A stretch of DNA of 64,000 nt from Niveibacterium sp. (GCF_041909475.1 NZ_JAYRDJ010000019.1:11283-75282); one strand, 5' to 3'; shown: positions 51,743 through 61,972, counted from the stretch's first letter. The notes: generated by a model from the sequence alone, not told the origin. A program made the numbers and translations.

Positions 51743-52179
51743 TTGTCCCCCAGCTCGAACACGATGCGCACGCGCGCATCGGTGCGCGAACGCTCGACGT
51801 AGCCGATGCCGCCGGGGTTGCGTTGCACCAGCGTCAACACCTCCTCGGTGCTGTCGGCCTGCACCGGCGGCGAGGCCTGGCCGGAGAAGGTAAGCCGTGC
51901 CCAGTAGGCGCGCACTTCGGCGAGGTCGCGTGACAGCAGCCGCTGATAGAACAGCTGCTTTTCCTGGCCCGAAGCACTCAGCAGATCAATCGGCCGCGCG
52001 GGCGTGCCGTCGGGCAGTTTGCGCAGCCGCCCCATGTACAGATTGATCACGTCGTCACGACTAAGGCGCGCAACGCTGCAAGCCGGGTTGACCACCACCA
52101 CCAGATCCACTGCGCGCGCGGCACCGACCGGCCAGAGCAGGCTCAGGATGCAAAGCGTGGCGAAGCGGATCGTGGCCAT
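51739..52179 (-). CDS. Small exported protein of the 'phosphate ABC substrate-binding-like' family
   Basis: Signal peptide, VVVVNP, LS...V..LYMG, YW....FSG...PP, V..NPG.IGYV. Confidence 0.75.
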   Translation of the reverse strand: MATIRFATLCILSLLWPVGAARAVDLVVVVNPACSVARLSRDDVINLYMGRLRKLPDGTPARPIDLLSASGQEKQLFYQRLLSRDLAEVRAYWARLTFSGQASPPVQADSTEEVLTLVQRNPGGIGYVERSRTDARVRIVFELGDK

Positions 52180-52183
52180 GGTG

Positions 52184-53425
52184 CTAGAACACGAAATCCA
52201 TGACGGCGCTGAAAACTGTCGTCTTGAAGCCGTCCGACGGCGCATCGTCGTTGAACCACAACACGATGCTGTGCCGCCCGTGGATGCGCTCCGCCTGCAG
52301 TTTCAGCGCAAGGTGACTCGCGAGATCCCAGCGCGCGCCCAGCGCGACGGTCTGCAGGTTGTTGAGGTTTGCTTCGAACATCTTGCCGACCACATCCTCC
52401 AGCGGCGCCAGCACAGGCCAGGGCGGCAGACCGGATTCGGGTTTGCTGTCGGGTGAACGCGCCGCCGACAGCAACAGGTAGGGCGTGATCGTGCCAACGC
52501 GATAGCCCAGCAGCGCAAAGCCTGCCGTGTAGGGTGGCAGCGAGTCACTGTGCGAATGGAGGTGGCTGCCTGCCAGTTGCACTTGCAATGCACCGCGCTG
52601 ATACCCCAGCGACCCGGCCACGTAACCGAAGCGCTTGTCCTCCACCGACAGGCGATCTGCCAGTGCTGGGCCTCCGGGGATACCCGCGTTGCGCAGGACA
52701 TCAAACACCCCAGGGAAGGGAAACTCATGCGCCACGCGAATCTGCGTGTAGCCCAGCCGCGCCGTCCACGGGTCGCCCTGGTATTCGAGGTAGGCGCCCC
52801 ATAGCGGCGAATCCGCGAGGTCGAATACCGAACCCTGCGCATCGGCCACCGCCTTGCCAACTGCAAGCCCGGCATACGCTTTGAACTTCAGCGCGTCGGC
52901 GCCAAGCGGCCACAGATAACTGAGGTCGACACCGTCGAGCGACTGCATCGGGATGCCGCCGTAATAATCGGGTGCCGGGCGCACCGGCAGGTAGGAGTAG
53001 CCGATGTTGGTCGAATCGGCGAGTGGGTACACATCCAGCCCGAGTCGGCCGCCGCGCACCGTCAGCGCACTGTCGGGCGCATAGCGGAGGAAGCCCCAGC
53101 TCAGTTCCGGTCGCCACGACGCATCGTAACGGTAGCGGGACAGGGCCTGCACGACCGCCTCCCAGTCCGCCCCGATCTGATAGTTCAGTTGCACGCCGAT
53201 CCGGGTGTCAACGTTTGCGGCGCCCGCGCCGCCCTTGACGCCAGTCGGGGCTTGCGTGACATCACGCCGGTACTCGATCCCGTCGGCACTGGCCCACGTA
53301 CCGCCCAGAGTGCCGAAGCCGGCGAGCCGCCATGGGCGATCAGCTGCTTCGTCCGCGCGAGACGACGCCCCACAGGCAAAGCACAGCGCCGCGAGCATCA
53401 CGCGGGTTTTTGCGACAGCGCTCAC
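52184..53425 (-). CDS. Putative outer membrane beta-barrel (porin-like) protein
   Basis: Signal peptide, GFGTLG, amphipathic beta pattern, C-terminal aromatic residue (MDFVF); GGAGG RBS before GTG 53425 (alternative ATG 53398). Confidence 0.7.
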   Translation of the reverse strand: MSAVAKTRVMLAALCFACGASSRADEAADRPWRLAGFGTLGGTWASADGIEYRRDVTQAPTGVKGGAGAANVDTRIGVQLNYQIGADWEAVVQALSRYRYDASWRPELSWGFLRYAPDSALTVRGGRLGLDVYPLADSTNIGYSYLPVRPAPDYYGGIPMQSLDGVDLSYLWPLGADALKFKAYAGLAVGKAVADAQGSVFDLADSPLWGAYLEYQGDPWTARLGYTQIRVAHEFPFPGVFDVLRNAGIPGGPALADRLSVEDKRFGYVAGSLGYQRGALQVQLAGSHLHSHSDSLPPYTAGFALLGYRVGTITPYLLLSAARSPDSKPESGLPPWPVLAPLEDVVGKMFEANLNNLQTVALGARWDLASHLALKLQAERIHGRHSIVLWFNDDAPSDGFKTTVFSAVMDFVF

Positions 53426-53505
53426 CAGCCCCTCCGCTGATTGCCGGCCGGCTGCCGGCACTGAGGGTTAACGGCTGCCCGTTGCGGCGGCTTTAGCCCG
53501 GCCGA

Positions 53506-54699
53506 TCAGGCGGCCATGCCGGCGCTGTAGGCGCTCGCCCAGGCCCACTGAAAATTGTAGCCGCCCAGCCAGCCGGTCACGTCCATCACCTCGCCAACGA
53601 AGTAGAGCCCCGGCACGGCCTTGGCCATCATCGTTTTCTGGTCCAGCGCGCGGGTGTCGACGCCGCCCGCCGTCACCTCCGCCTTGCGGTAGCCCTCGGA
53701 GCCTGCCGGCACCAGCTGCCACGCGTTCAGGCGCTGCGCCAGCTCGCGCAGTGCGCGATCCGGCATATCGGCCAGCGGCCGGCCGGCGTAGCCACTGGCG
53801 GCGGCCCAGTGTTCCGCAAGGCGGCGCGGCAGCCACTGCGCCAGGGCGTTCTGCAGCTGCTGCTTGTTCCCTGGCTTGGCGGCCAGCAGCGCTTCGGCAA
53901 GATCGGTGTCGGGCGCGAGATTCAGCGTGATCGCCTCACCCGGGCTCCAGAACGACGAAATCTGCAGGATCGCGGGGCCAGACAGACCGCGATGGGTGAA
54001 CAGCAGATCCTCGCGAAAATGCCCACGGCGCTTGCCGCTGCCGCCTGAGACCTCCACCTCAAGCGACACCCCGGAGAGCTCGGCAAAAGGCGCCCAATCA
54101 GCTGCAGCGACGGTCAGCGGCACCAGTGCGGCGCGCGGCGGCACAAGGGGCAGATCGAACTGCTTCGCCAGCCGGAAGCCGAAATCGGTGGCCCCGATCT
54201 TCGGTATCGAAAGTCCGCCAGTCGCCACCACCAGCGATGCCACCTCGATGCGACCCAGGCTGGTCTCCAGGCTGAAACCAGCCTCGTCCTGCGCCACCTC
54301 ACCGACGCGGCAAGGCCGACGCCACGCCACGCCGCCGGCCGCGCATTCGGCCACCAGCAGGTCGATGATCTGCTGCGCGCTGTCATCGCAGAACAGCTGG
54401 CCCTTGTGCTTTTCATGCCAGCGTACGCCGTGGCGTTCGATCAGGTCGAGGAAATCGCGCGGGGTGTAGCGCGACAGCGCAGAACGGCAGAAGTGGGGAT
54501 TGTCCGACAGGTAGTTGGCCGGGCTGGCCTGCAGGTTGGTGAAGTTGCAGCGCCCGCCACCCGAGATGCGGATCTTTTCCGCCAGATGCTCGGCGTGGTC
54601 GATCAGCACCACCCGCCGGCCGCGTTGCCCGGCCACCGCCGCCGCCATCATGCCGGCCGCGCCTGCGCCGATCACCGCCACATCGAACTGTTCTGCCAT
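53506..54699 (-). CDS. HI0933/YhiN/BaiN family flavoprotein
   Basis: IGAGAAG, KIRISGGGRCNFTN, ATGGLS.PKIGA, FTH.GLSGP, GGYN.QWAW.S. Confidence 0.95.
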   Translation of the reverse strand: MAEQFDVAVIGAGAAGMMAAAVAGQRGRRVVLIDHAEHLAEKIRISGGGRCNFTNLQASPANYLSDNPHFCRSALSRYTPRDFLDLIERHGVRWHEKHKGQLFCDDSAQQIIDLLVAECAAGGVAWRRPCRVGEVAQDEAGFSLETSLGRIEVASLVVATGGLSIPKIGATDFGFRLAKQFDLPLVPPRAALVPLTVAAADWAPFAELSGVSLEVEVSGGSGKRRGHFREDLLFTHRGLSGPAILQISSFWSPGEAITLNLAPDTDLAEALLAAKPGNKQQLQNALAQWLPRRLAEHWAAASGYAGRPLADMPDRALRELAQRLNAWQLVPAGSEGYRKAEVTAGGVDTRALDQKTMMAKAVPGLYFVGEVMDVTGWLGGYNFQWAWASAYSAGMAA

Positions 54700-54796
54700 G
54701 CCGCACTCCAAGGAGAGCGCGAGATCTTACCGGGCCGGCGCCACGCCGGGCGGTTAGAATGAAGCGCCACCCGGGTCCGCGGCGCCGCCGGTGTGC

Positions 54797-54834
54797 GATG
54801 CGGGAGCACCTCCGCAAGGGGGTGCTCCCGCATC
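54797..54834 (+). other. 17-bp stem with GCAA tetraloop in the rng leader
   Basis: GATGCGGGAGCACCTCC-GCAA-GGGGGTGCTCCCGCATC (one G-U pair), no U tract, ends 18 nt before the ATG. Confidence 0.8.
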
Positions 54835-54852
54835 ACACTTCGAAGCGTCACC

Positions 54853-56307
54853 ATGAGCGAATCATTCCTGATCAATTTCACGCCGCAGGAAACCCGGGTC
54901 GCGATGCTGCTGAACGGCGTCGTGCAGGAACTGCATATCGAACGCGAACACTCGCGCGGCTTTGTCGGCAACGTCTATCTGGGGCGCGTGGTCCGCGTGC
55001 TGCCGGGCATGCAATCGGCCTTCATCGACATCGGCCTCGAACGCACCGCCTTCCTGCATGTGGCGGACATCTGGTTCGACCGCCACGCTGGTGAAGTGCA
55101 GCGGCCGATCGAGAAGATCCTGCACGAGGGGCAGAACCTCGTCGTGCAGGTCCTGAAAGACCCGATCGGCACCAAGGGCGCGCGACTCTCCACGCAGATC
55201 AGCATTGCCGGCCGGCTGCTCGTGTACCTGCCGCAGGAAAAGCACATCGGCATTTCGCAACGCATCGAAAGTGAGGAAGGCCGCCTCGCGCTGCGCGAGC
55301 GCCTGCACCAGCTGGTGCCGGCCGACGAGAGCGGCGGCTTCATCGTGCGCACGATGGCCGAACGTGCCAGCAACGAAGAACTTGGCGCCGACATCGCCTA
55401 CCTGCGCAAGATCTGGAGCGAGATCAAGAGCCGCTCGGTCGGCGCACATCCGCCGCTGGCGCTGTACCACGACCTGAACCTTGCTCAGCGCGTGCTGCGC
55501 GATCTGGTGACGCCCGAGACCGAAAAGATCGTGATCGACTCGCGCGAGAACTTCCAGAAGCTCAACGCCTTCGCTACCGAGTACATGCCGCAGGTGGTGC
55601 CCCTGCTCGACCACTACACCGGCGAGCGCACACTGTTCGATCTGCACGGAGTGGAGGACGAGATCCAGAAGGCGCTGTCACGCCGCGTGGATCTGAAGAG
55701 CGGCGGCTACCTGATTGTGGACCAGACCGAAGCGCTGACCACGATCGATGTAAACACCGGCGGTTTCGTCGGCGCGCGCACCTTCGACGATACGGTCTTC
55801 AAGACCAACCTCGAAGCCACGCTCGCGATCGCGCGCCAGCTGCGGCTGCGCAACCTCGGCGGCATCATCCTGATCGACTTCATCGACATGGAAAGCGACG
55901 AGCACCGCGCGGCCGTGCTGGCCGAACTTAACAAGGCTCTGTCGAAAGACCACACCAAGGTGTCGGTCGGCGGCTTCACCTCGCTGGGCCTGGTCGAGAT
56001 GACGCGCAAGCGCACCCGCGAATCGCTCGCCCACATCCTGTGCGAGCCCTGCCCCACCTGCAGCGGCCGCGGCGAGATCAAGACCTCGCGCACCGTGGCT
56101 TACGAGGTCCTGCGTGAACTCGTGCGCGAAGCACGCCAGTTCAACGCCAAGGAATACCGCGTACTCGCCGCGCCGTCGGTGATCGACCTCTTCCTCGACG
56201 AAGAGTCGCAGGCGCTCGCGATGCTGTCGGACTTCATCGGCAAGCCGATCTCGCTGCAGGCGGAAACCAGCTACAACCCCGAGCAGTTCGACATCGTGTT
56301 GCTGTGA
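54853..56307 (+). CDS. rng: Ribonuclease G
   Basis: VGNVY.GRV.RVLPGMQSAFIDIG, KGARLST, TIDVNTG, IDFIDM, CP.C.G.G; no long C-terminal scaffold. Confidence 0.97.
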   Translation: MSESFLINFTPQETRVAMLLNGVVQELHIEREHSRGFVGNVYLGRVVRVLPGMQSAFIDIGLERTAFLHVADIWFDRHAGEVQRPIEKILHEGQNLVVQVLKDPIGTKGARLSTQISIAGRLLVYLPQEKHIGISQRIESEEGRLALRERLHQLVPADESGGFIVRTMAERASNEELGADIAYLRKIWSEIKSRSVGAHPPLALYHDLNLAQRVLRDLVTPETEKIVIDSRENFQKLNAFATEYMPQVVPLLDHYTGERTLFDLHGVEDEIQKALSRRVDLKSGGYLIVDQTEALTTIDVNTGGFVGARTFDDTVFKTNLEATLAIARQLRLRNLGGIILIDFIDMESDEHRAAVLAELNKALSKDHTKVSVGGFTSLGLVEMTRKRTRESLAHILCEPCPTCSGRGEIKTSRTVAYEVLRELVREARQFNAKEYRVLAAPSVIDLFLDEESQALAMLSDFIGKPISLQAETSYNPEQFDIVLL

Positions 56308-56340
56308 CGCCCACGCGAACTCGCCCCCAACCCGCACCGG

Positions 56341-57000
56341 ATGCCCTTGGCGATGAAGATTGACGCCGTAATTTTCGACATGGACGGCCTGCTGCTCGAT
56401 AGCGAGCGCGTGTCCTATGCCTGTGGGCGGGAGGCATGCGAGGCGCTCGGCCTGCCGTGGCGCGAGGAAACCGCGCTGGCGATGATCGGGCGCAACGCAC
56501 GCGACAACGCGCTGCTGCTGGAAGGCCTGTTCGGCGATCCGCGCCATGTGGATGCACACGCCGCCGAGTTCGCGCGACGCTACGAAGCATTGATCGCGGC
56601 CGGTGCGATTCCGCTCAAGCCTGGTGTGACCGAACTGCTCGAACTGCTCGATCGCCGCGCGCTGCCGCGGGCCGTTGCCACCTCGACGAGTCACGCGCGG
56701 GCGCTGTTCAAGCTGGAGCGCGTGGGCCTCGCGGCGCGCATGCATGCTGTCATCGGCGGCGATCAGGTGCCACTGGGCAAGCCTGCGCCGGACATCTTTC
56801 TTGCGGCCGCCGAGCGCCTTGGCGTTGCGCCGGCGAACTGCCTCGCACTGGAGGACTCCAACGCGGGCGCGCGTGCCGCGCTTGCCGCCGGCATGCAGGT
56901 GCGCATGGTGCCCGACCTGCTGGCACCGGACGACGATGTGATCGCCGCCGGAGCGCGCATCCTGCCCTCTCTGTTCGCTGTGATCGAGGAACTCGCATGA
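56341..57000 (+). CDS. HAD-family phosphatase
   Basis: FDMDGLL.DSE, ATS, GKPAPD, EDS..G. Confidence 0.92.
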   Translation: MPLAMKIDAVIFDMDGLLLDSERVSYACGREACEALGLPWREETALAMIGRNARDNALLLEGLFGDPRHVDAHAAEFARRYEALIAAGAIPLKPGVTELLELLDRRALPRAVATSTSHARALFKLERVGLAARMHAVIGGDQVPLGKPAPDIFLAAAERLGVAPANCLALEDSNAGARAALAAGMQVRMVPDLLAPDDDVIAAGARILPSLFAVIEELA

Positions 57001-57377
57001 AGTGGCTGATCCTTCCGCTGCTGCTCGGCGCCTGCAGCGCGCTGGCGCAAAGCCCGGGCGTATCGCCCGGTGCCAACGGCACGCCACCGGGCGCTGGCCC
57101 GACCGGCTCCACCGCGTTCTGCCTGTTCGCCCTGCCGGCCGAGAACGGCACCCAACGCTGGGTGAACCTGGGCATCGTGCAGTACGTCGAAGCGCGCGCC
57201 GATGCGGTGCAGATCACCTACGGCGGCGGGAATCTGGGCAGCGGCTATGACGCGAAGATCCCGGTGAAATCGCCCGACGAAGCGCGTGCGGTGATGCAAC
57301 GCCTGCGCCAGACGGCCGAGGACTGCGCCCGCCGACCCGCCCCCGCAGCCTTGCCCAACCGGGAGGAGGCACGATGA
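56997..57377 (+). CDS. Hypothetical exported protein
   Basis: MKWLILPLLLGACSALA signal or lipobox; overlapping starts and stops with both neighbours. Confidence 0.75.
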   Translation: MKWLILPLLLGACSALAQSPGVSPGANGTPPGAGPTGSTAFCLFALPAENGTQRWVNLGIVQYVEARADAVQITYGGGNLGSGYDAKIPVKSPDEARAVMQRLRQTAEDCARRPAPAALPNREEAR

Positions 57378-57985
57378 AACTGATCGGCATGCTCGATTCG
57401 CCCTATGTGCGCCGCGTGGCCGTATCGGCCCGGCTGATGGGCGTCGCACTCGAACACGAATCGGTGTCGGTATTCCGGCACATGGATCGCTTCGCCGCGA
57501 TCAACCCCTTGATCAAGGCGCCCACGCTGATCTGCGACGACGGCGGCATCCTGATGGACAGCACGCTGATCCTCGACCATGTCGAAGCGCAGGCGCTTGC
57601 CGCACGCCGCCTGACGCCCGCCGGCGGCGCTGCGCGACAACAGGCGCTGTACCGCGTCGGGGTGGCGCTGGTGGCGATGGAGAAGGCGGTGCAGTGGTAC
57701 TACGAAATCAGCCTGCGACCGGAGGCAAAACGCTGGGACGACTGGATCGCCCGCATCCGCCAGCAGTTGCAGCGCGCCTTCGAGTTGCTCGAAGCGGCCT
57801 TGCCGGCGGAAGGCTGGTTCGGCGGCGAGCGCCCCGATGCCGCCGACGTGGCCTGCGCCGTGGCCTGGCGCTTCACGCATTTCGTGCTGCCGGGCCAGCT
57901 CGATCTGGCGCACTTTCCACGCATCGCGGCGCACTCGGCGCGCGCCGAGGCCCTGCCCGAATTCATCGCCTGCCCGCTGGAATGA
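57374..57985 (+). CDS. Glutathione S-transferase family protein
   Basis: SPYVRRV, NPLIK.P.L, DS.LI..H. Confidence 0.92.
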   Translation: MKLIGMLDSPYVRRVAVSARLMGVALEHESVSVFRHMDRFAAINPLIKAPTLICDDGGILMDSTLILDHVEAQALAARRLTPAGGAARQQALYRVGVALVAMEKAVQWYYEISLRPEAKRWDDWIARIRQQLQRAFELLEAALPAEGWFGGERPDAADVACAVAWRFTHFVLPGQLDLAHFPRIAAHSARAEALPEFIACPLE

Positions 57986-57986
57986 G

Positions 57987-58011
57987 AAAGGCCGCCTTAT
58001 GGCGGCCTTTT
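57987..58011. terminator. Bidirectional terminator
   Basis: AAAGGCCGCC-TTAT-GGCGGCCTTTT. Confidence 0.85.
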
Positions 58012-58031
58012 CGGCTACGGCGCTTGAGTCG

Positions 58032-58256
58032 TCAGCGTTCCATGATCTGGACGATGTCGTCCTTCGGCACCATCGTCGCCTTGCCGTCGGCGTCCTTCAG
58101 CTTGTACATGCCGCTCTTCTCGTCCAGCTGAGGCTTGCCGTCCGATACCAGCATGCGGCCTTCCTTGGTGCTCAGGATGTACTGGCTGCCGCCGCACGCG
58201 GCGAGTCCGAGCGACAGTGCAACTGCCGTCACCACGGCCATCGATACCTGTTTCAT
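58032..58256 (-). CDS. YgdI/YgdR family lipoprotein (DUF903)
   Basis: LAA-C lipobox, Y..STK.G.M.VS.GKP.LD..SGMY...D..G. Confidence 0.88.
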   Translation of the reverse strand: MKQVSMAVVTAVALSLGLAACGGSQYILSTKEGRMLVSDGKPQLDEKSGMYKLKDADGKATMVPKDDIVQIMER

Positions 58257-58404
58257 CTCCAAACCTCCCTTGGTGCGTTGATGGTTGCCGACCCGTGCTT
58301 GTTCTTGGGGGTCGCAAAACAAGCCTAGACCAGCAAATCCGGGCCTGCCACCGCGATTCCCGCCGCTGCCCGTACAATCTCACCTTTGACTGGTTTGCTC
58401 GAAC

Positions 58405-58992
58405 ATGATCGGACGCCTGCGCGGCACCCTCGCCGAAAAGAACCCGCCACAGATCCTGCTGGATGTGGGCGGCATCGGCTATGAACTGGAGGTGCCGATG
58501 AGCACCTTCTACAACCTGCCCGCCACCGGCCAGCCGGTGAGCTTGCACACCCACCTGGCGGTGCGCGAGGACGGGCACTTCCTGTACGGTTTCGGTTCGG
58601 AAGATGAACGCGTGGCCTTCCGCCAGTTGCTGAAGATCTCCGGCATCGGTGCGCGAACCGCGCTGGCCGTGCTGTCCGGCCTGTCGGTAACGGAGCTCGC
58701 GCAGGTAGTCGCATCGCAGGAACCGGGCCGCCTGACCAAGGTGCCGGGCATCGGCAAGAAAACCGCCGAACGCCTGCTGCTCGAACTGCGCGACAAGCTG
58801 CCCAAGGCGCTGCCCGCCGCGCATGCGCATGCCGCCAGCGCCGCCGGTGGCGCGCAGGGCGACATCGCCAACGCGCTGCTGGCGCTCGGCTACAACGACA
58901 AGGAAGCGCAGGCGGCGATGAAGCAACTGCCCACCGACATCGGCGTCTCCGACGGCATCCGCGCAGCGCTGAAGCTGCTCTCCAAAGTCTGA
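58405..58992 (+). CDS. ruvA: Holliday junction branch migration protein RuvA
   Basis: [40 protein letters not shown]. Confidence 0.98.
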   Translation: MIGRLRGTLAEKNPPQILLDVGGIGYELEVPMSTFYNLPATGQPVSLHTHLAVREDGHFLYGFGSEDERVAFRQLLKISGIGARTALAVLSGLSVTELAQVVASQEPGRLTKVPGIGKKTAERLLLELRDKLPKALPAAHAHAASAAGGAQGDIANALLALGYNDKEAQAAMKQLPTDIGVSDGIRAALKLLSKV

Positions 58993-59037
58993 TCCGCGCC
59001 GCGACGGGCGTCGCGCGCCTTACCTGCAGGACGCATC

Positions 59038-59757
59038 ATGAACGCTGAAATCGAAATCCACCGCCCGCTCGACGACGACGAGCTCGACACGCTGGATGAC
59101 CTGCTAAGCCAGTTCCCGGATTCGCTGTCGCTCGAAGAGATGGACGGCCTGTTCTGTGCGCTGGTGGTCGGCCCCGAAGTCGTATCGCCCTCCGAATGGG
59201 TGCCGGCGGTGCTGGGCAGCGAAAAGCCAGAATGGGAGTCCGATGCCCAGGCGCGCCAGACGATCGAGCTGCTGATGCGGCACTGGAACACCGTGGCGAC
59301 CGGCTTCCGCGAGGACTGGTCGGGCGTCAGCGCGGAAGAAGGTTCGGAGTCGATGTACTTCCCGCTGCTTGACGACCCGGAGGAAAGCGGCCACCCGCTC
59401 GCCGAAGGCTGGGCACGCGGCTTCCGCGATGGCCTGGAGTGGATGGACGACGCGCACTGGGATGCGCTGGAAGAGGACGAAGACTGCGTCACGCTGCTGA
59501 ACCTGATCGCGGCGATGGACTCGGGCGAAAAATCCCCCGGCCACCCGCTTTCCGACGACGAGCGCGACGAGATCCTGAGCCCGCTGGTGGCTGGCCTGCA
59601 GTACCTGTACGCCTTCTGGCGCCGCTATCTGCGCGTGATCACCGCACCACGCGTGCCGATGCGCGCACCGGAGTTGCCGGGCCGCAATGATGTGTGCCCG
59701 TGCGGCAGTGGCAAGAAGTTCAAGAAGTGCTGCGGCTCGCCGGAAAAGCTCCACTGA
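59038..59757 (+). CDS. YecA family protein (UPF0149 + SEC-C motif)
   Basis: LEE.DG.F.AL..GP, W..GF, C-terminal [18 protein letters not shown]. Confidence 0.92.
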   Translation: MNAEIEIHRPLDDDELDTLDDLLSQFPDSLSLEEMDGLFCALVVGPEVVSPSEWVPAVLGSEKPEWESDAQARQTIELLMRHWNTVATGFREDWSGVSAEEGSESMYFPLLDDPEESGHPLAEGWARGFRDGLEWMDDAHWDALEEDEDCVTLLNLIAAMDSGEKSPGHPLSDDERDEILSPLVAGLQYLYAFWRRYLRVITAPRVPMRAPELPGRNDVCPCGSGKKFKKCCGSPEKLH

Positions 59758-59845
59758 CCACACCTCGGTGCCCTGAGGCCGGTTCGCCGCCGGCCGAGCA
59801 TTGCGCCCGCCTGCCATGCGGGCCGACATCCCTCGCCCGCTCCTG

Positions 59846-60727
59846 ATGTCCGCTCACCCGATCCGCAGTTACGCCCTGTTGTTCGCCTCGATGGCCGTCG
59901 TTGGCAGCTATGTCGCGCTGTCGAAACCGCTCGTCGCCGCGCTGCCGGTGTTCCTGCTCGCCTGGCTGCGCTTCGGCATCGGCGGACTGGCCATGCTGCG
60001 GCAAACGCTGCCACAGCCCGGCGAGCACATCAGCCGCGCAACCTGGCGCGCGCTGTTCCTGCAGAGCTTCTTCGGCAACTTCCTGTTCTCGATCTGCATG
60101 CTGTACGGCGTGTCGAAGACTTCGGCCACCGCTGCCGGCGTGATTCTCGCGACGCTACCGGCAATGGTTGCCCTGCAGTCGCGCGTGATCCTCGGCGAGC
60201 GGCTGGCGCCACGCAACCTGGCCGCGGTGCTGCTGGCCGTCGCCGGCATCGCAACGCTGGGGCTATCGAAAGGCGAGGCGGGCAGCAACTCGCTCGCCGG
60301 CAATCTGCTGCTGATCGGTGCGGTGGCCTGCGAGGCCGCCTATGTGGTGATCGGCAAGCGGGTATCCGCCCACCTGCCGCCGCTGCGCGTGTCCGCGCTG
60401 ATCAACCTCGTCGGCCTGTTGTTGATGACGCCGTTCGGGTTGTGGCAAGCAACGAGTTTCAACTTCGCCAGCGTGCCGGCAAGCATGTGGTGGCTGCTGC
60501 TGTTCTACGCACTCGGCGCCAGCGTGTTTTCAGTGTGGCTTTGGATGAGCGGGCTACGCGGCGTGCCGGCCAACCACGCTGGCGTATTCACGATTGCGCT
60601 GCCGCTGGCCTCCAGCGCAGTGGGTGTGATCTTTCTCGGGGAGACGCTGCACCTGCCGCACTTCATCGCCTTCGGCTGCGCCGTAGCGGGGGTGCTGCTG
60701 GTGGCGTGGCCCGGCAAGCGCGGTTGA
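59846..60727 (+). CDS. DMT/EamA family transporter
   Basis: About ten hydrophobic helices with a two-fold internal repeat. Confidence 0.9.
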   Translation: MSAHPIRSYALLFASMAVVGSYVALSKPLVAALPVFLLAWLRFGIGGLAMLRQTLPQPGEHISRATWRALFLQSFFGNFLFSICMLYGVSKTSATAAGVILATLPAMVALQSRVILGERLAPRNLAAVLLAVAGIATLGLSKGEAGSNSLAGNLLLIGAVACEAAYVVIGKRVSAHLPPLRVSALINLVGLLLMTPFGLWQATSFNFASVPASMWWLLLFYALGASVFSVWLWMSGLRGVPANHAGVFTIALPLASSAVGVIFLGETLHLPHFIAFGCAVAGVLLVAWPGKRG

Positions 60728-60730
60728 GCT

Positions 60731-61972
60731 TCAGTCTGCGCGCAACATGCGCAAGCGCTGGTTGATTGAGGGCAGCGCCTTGAGCAACTCATCGGGCGGC
60801 AGCGCGCACGCGATCAGGTAACCCTGCGCCAGCTCGCAACCAAGCTCGCGCAGGAGCTGCCAGTCTTCGAGCGTTTCGACCCCTTCGGCAACCGTGCCAA
60901 GTTTGAGCCGCTGGCCGATCTCGATAGCCGAGGCAAGCAAGGTGCGCAGATGCGGCCGTTGCCACGCACCGGTGACGAAGGAGCGGTCCACCTTGAGTTC
61001 AGAGAACGGCAGCTTCGAGAGCTGTTGCATCGACGAGTAGCCGGTACCGTAGTCGTCGATCGATAGGCCACAGCCGCGTAGCCGCAAGCGCACCAGGCAA
61101 CCGGTGGCGAGTGCGGCATCGGCCGCCATCGCAGTTTCTGTTACCTCGAACATGAAGTGGTGCGCATCGATGCCGGAGGATTCAACACGCCGGATCAGGC
61201 CGTCGGTGAGCACCACATCGTGCAGCGATGCCGGCGACAAGTTGATCGCGACCGAGAGCTGCAGGCCGCGCGCCTGCCACATACGCAGCGCCTCGATCGA
61301 TTTGTCCAGCATCTGCAGCGTGAGTTGCGACATCAGCCCATGCTGTGCGGCGAGTGGAATGAATTCATCCGGCGGTACCACGCCGCGCGCCGGCGACACC
61401 CAGCGGGCCAGCGCTTCCACACTCTTGACCATGCCCAGCTGCAGCGATGCCTTGGGCTGGAAGAACGGCTGCACTTCTCCGGCGTCCAGCGCACGCTTGA
61501 ATTCTTCCGCAGGCACATTCGGAGCCTGGCGCCCCTCGCGCGGCGCGCTCTTGCGTTCGGCGTCGAGACCCTGCAGCGCCTTCAACAGCGCCTCACGCGA
61601 CACCGGCTTCTGCAACGCACCGAGCAAGGGCAGGCCGAGGCTGTCGATCATCGAGGCGACCGCACTGATCAGCACGTCTTCCTTCGAACTCGCCAGCACG
61701 ATGGCCGGCGGCAAGGGCAACTCCGCAAGGTGCTGAATCAGTTCGACGCCATCCATGCCCGGCATCTCGAGATCGATCACCATCAGCGCCGGTTGCGGCA
61801 GCAGCTGCGCAAGGCGTGCGAGTGCATCGGCACCCTCGTTCGCCTCGAAGATGCGGCTCACACCGAGCGCCTGCAGATGTTCGATCAGCGCCATGCGCTG
61901 CAGCGCGCTGTCATCGACGACCAGCACACCGCGGCCGAGCAGTTCGGCCGATAGCGGTAGTTCAGCGACCAT
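60731..61972 (-). CDS. REC-EAL response regulator (c-di-GMP phosphodiesterase)
   Basis: [17 protein letters not shown]; [43 protein letters not shown]. Confidence 0.93.
   Translation of the reverse strand: MVAELPLSAELLGRGVLVVDDSALQRMALIEHLQALGVSRIFEANEGADALARLAQLLPQPALMVIDLEMPGMDGVELIQHLAELPLPPAIVLASSKEDVLISAVASMIDSLGLPLLGALQKPVSREALLKALQGLDAERKSAPREGRQAPNVPAEEFKRALDAGEVQPFFQPKASLQLGMVKSVEALARWVSPARGVVPPDEFIPLAAQHGLMSQLTLQMLDKSIEALRMWQARGLQLSVAINLSPASLHDVVLTDGLIRRVESSGIDAHHFMFEVTETAMAADAALATGCLVRLRLRGCGLSIDDYGTGYSSMQQLSKLPFSELKVDRSFVTGAWQRPHLRTLLASAIEIGQRLKLGTVAEGVETLEDWQLLRELGCELAQGYLIACALPPDELLKALPSINQRLRMLRAD

Noticed and set aside
51739-52179. Calling this gene a true phosphate ABC transporter subunit (pstS)
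   Set aside because: About half the size of PstS, and no pstCAB genes nearby.
58325-58404. LexA/SOS box upstream of ruvA
   Set aside because: No convincing CTGT-N8-ACAG match.
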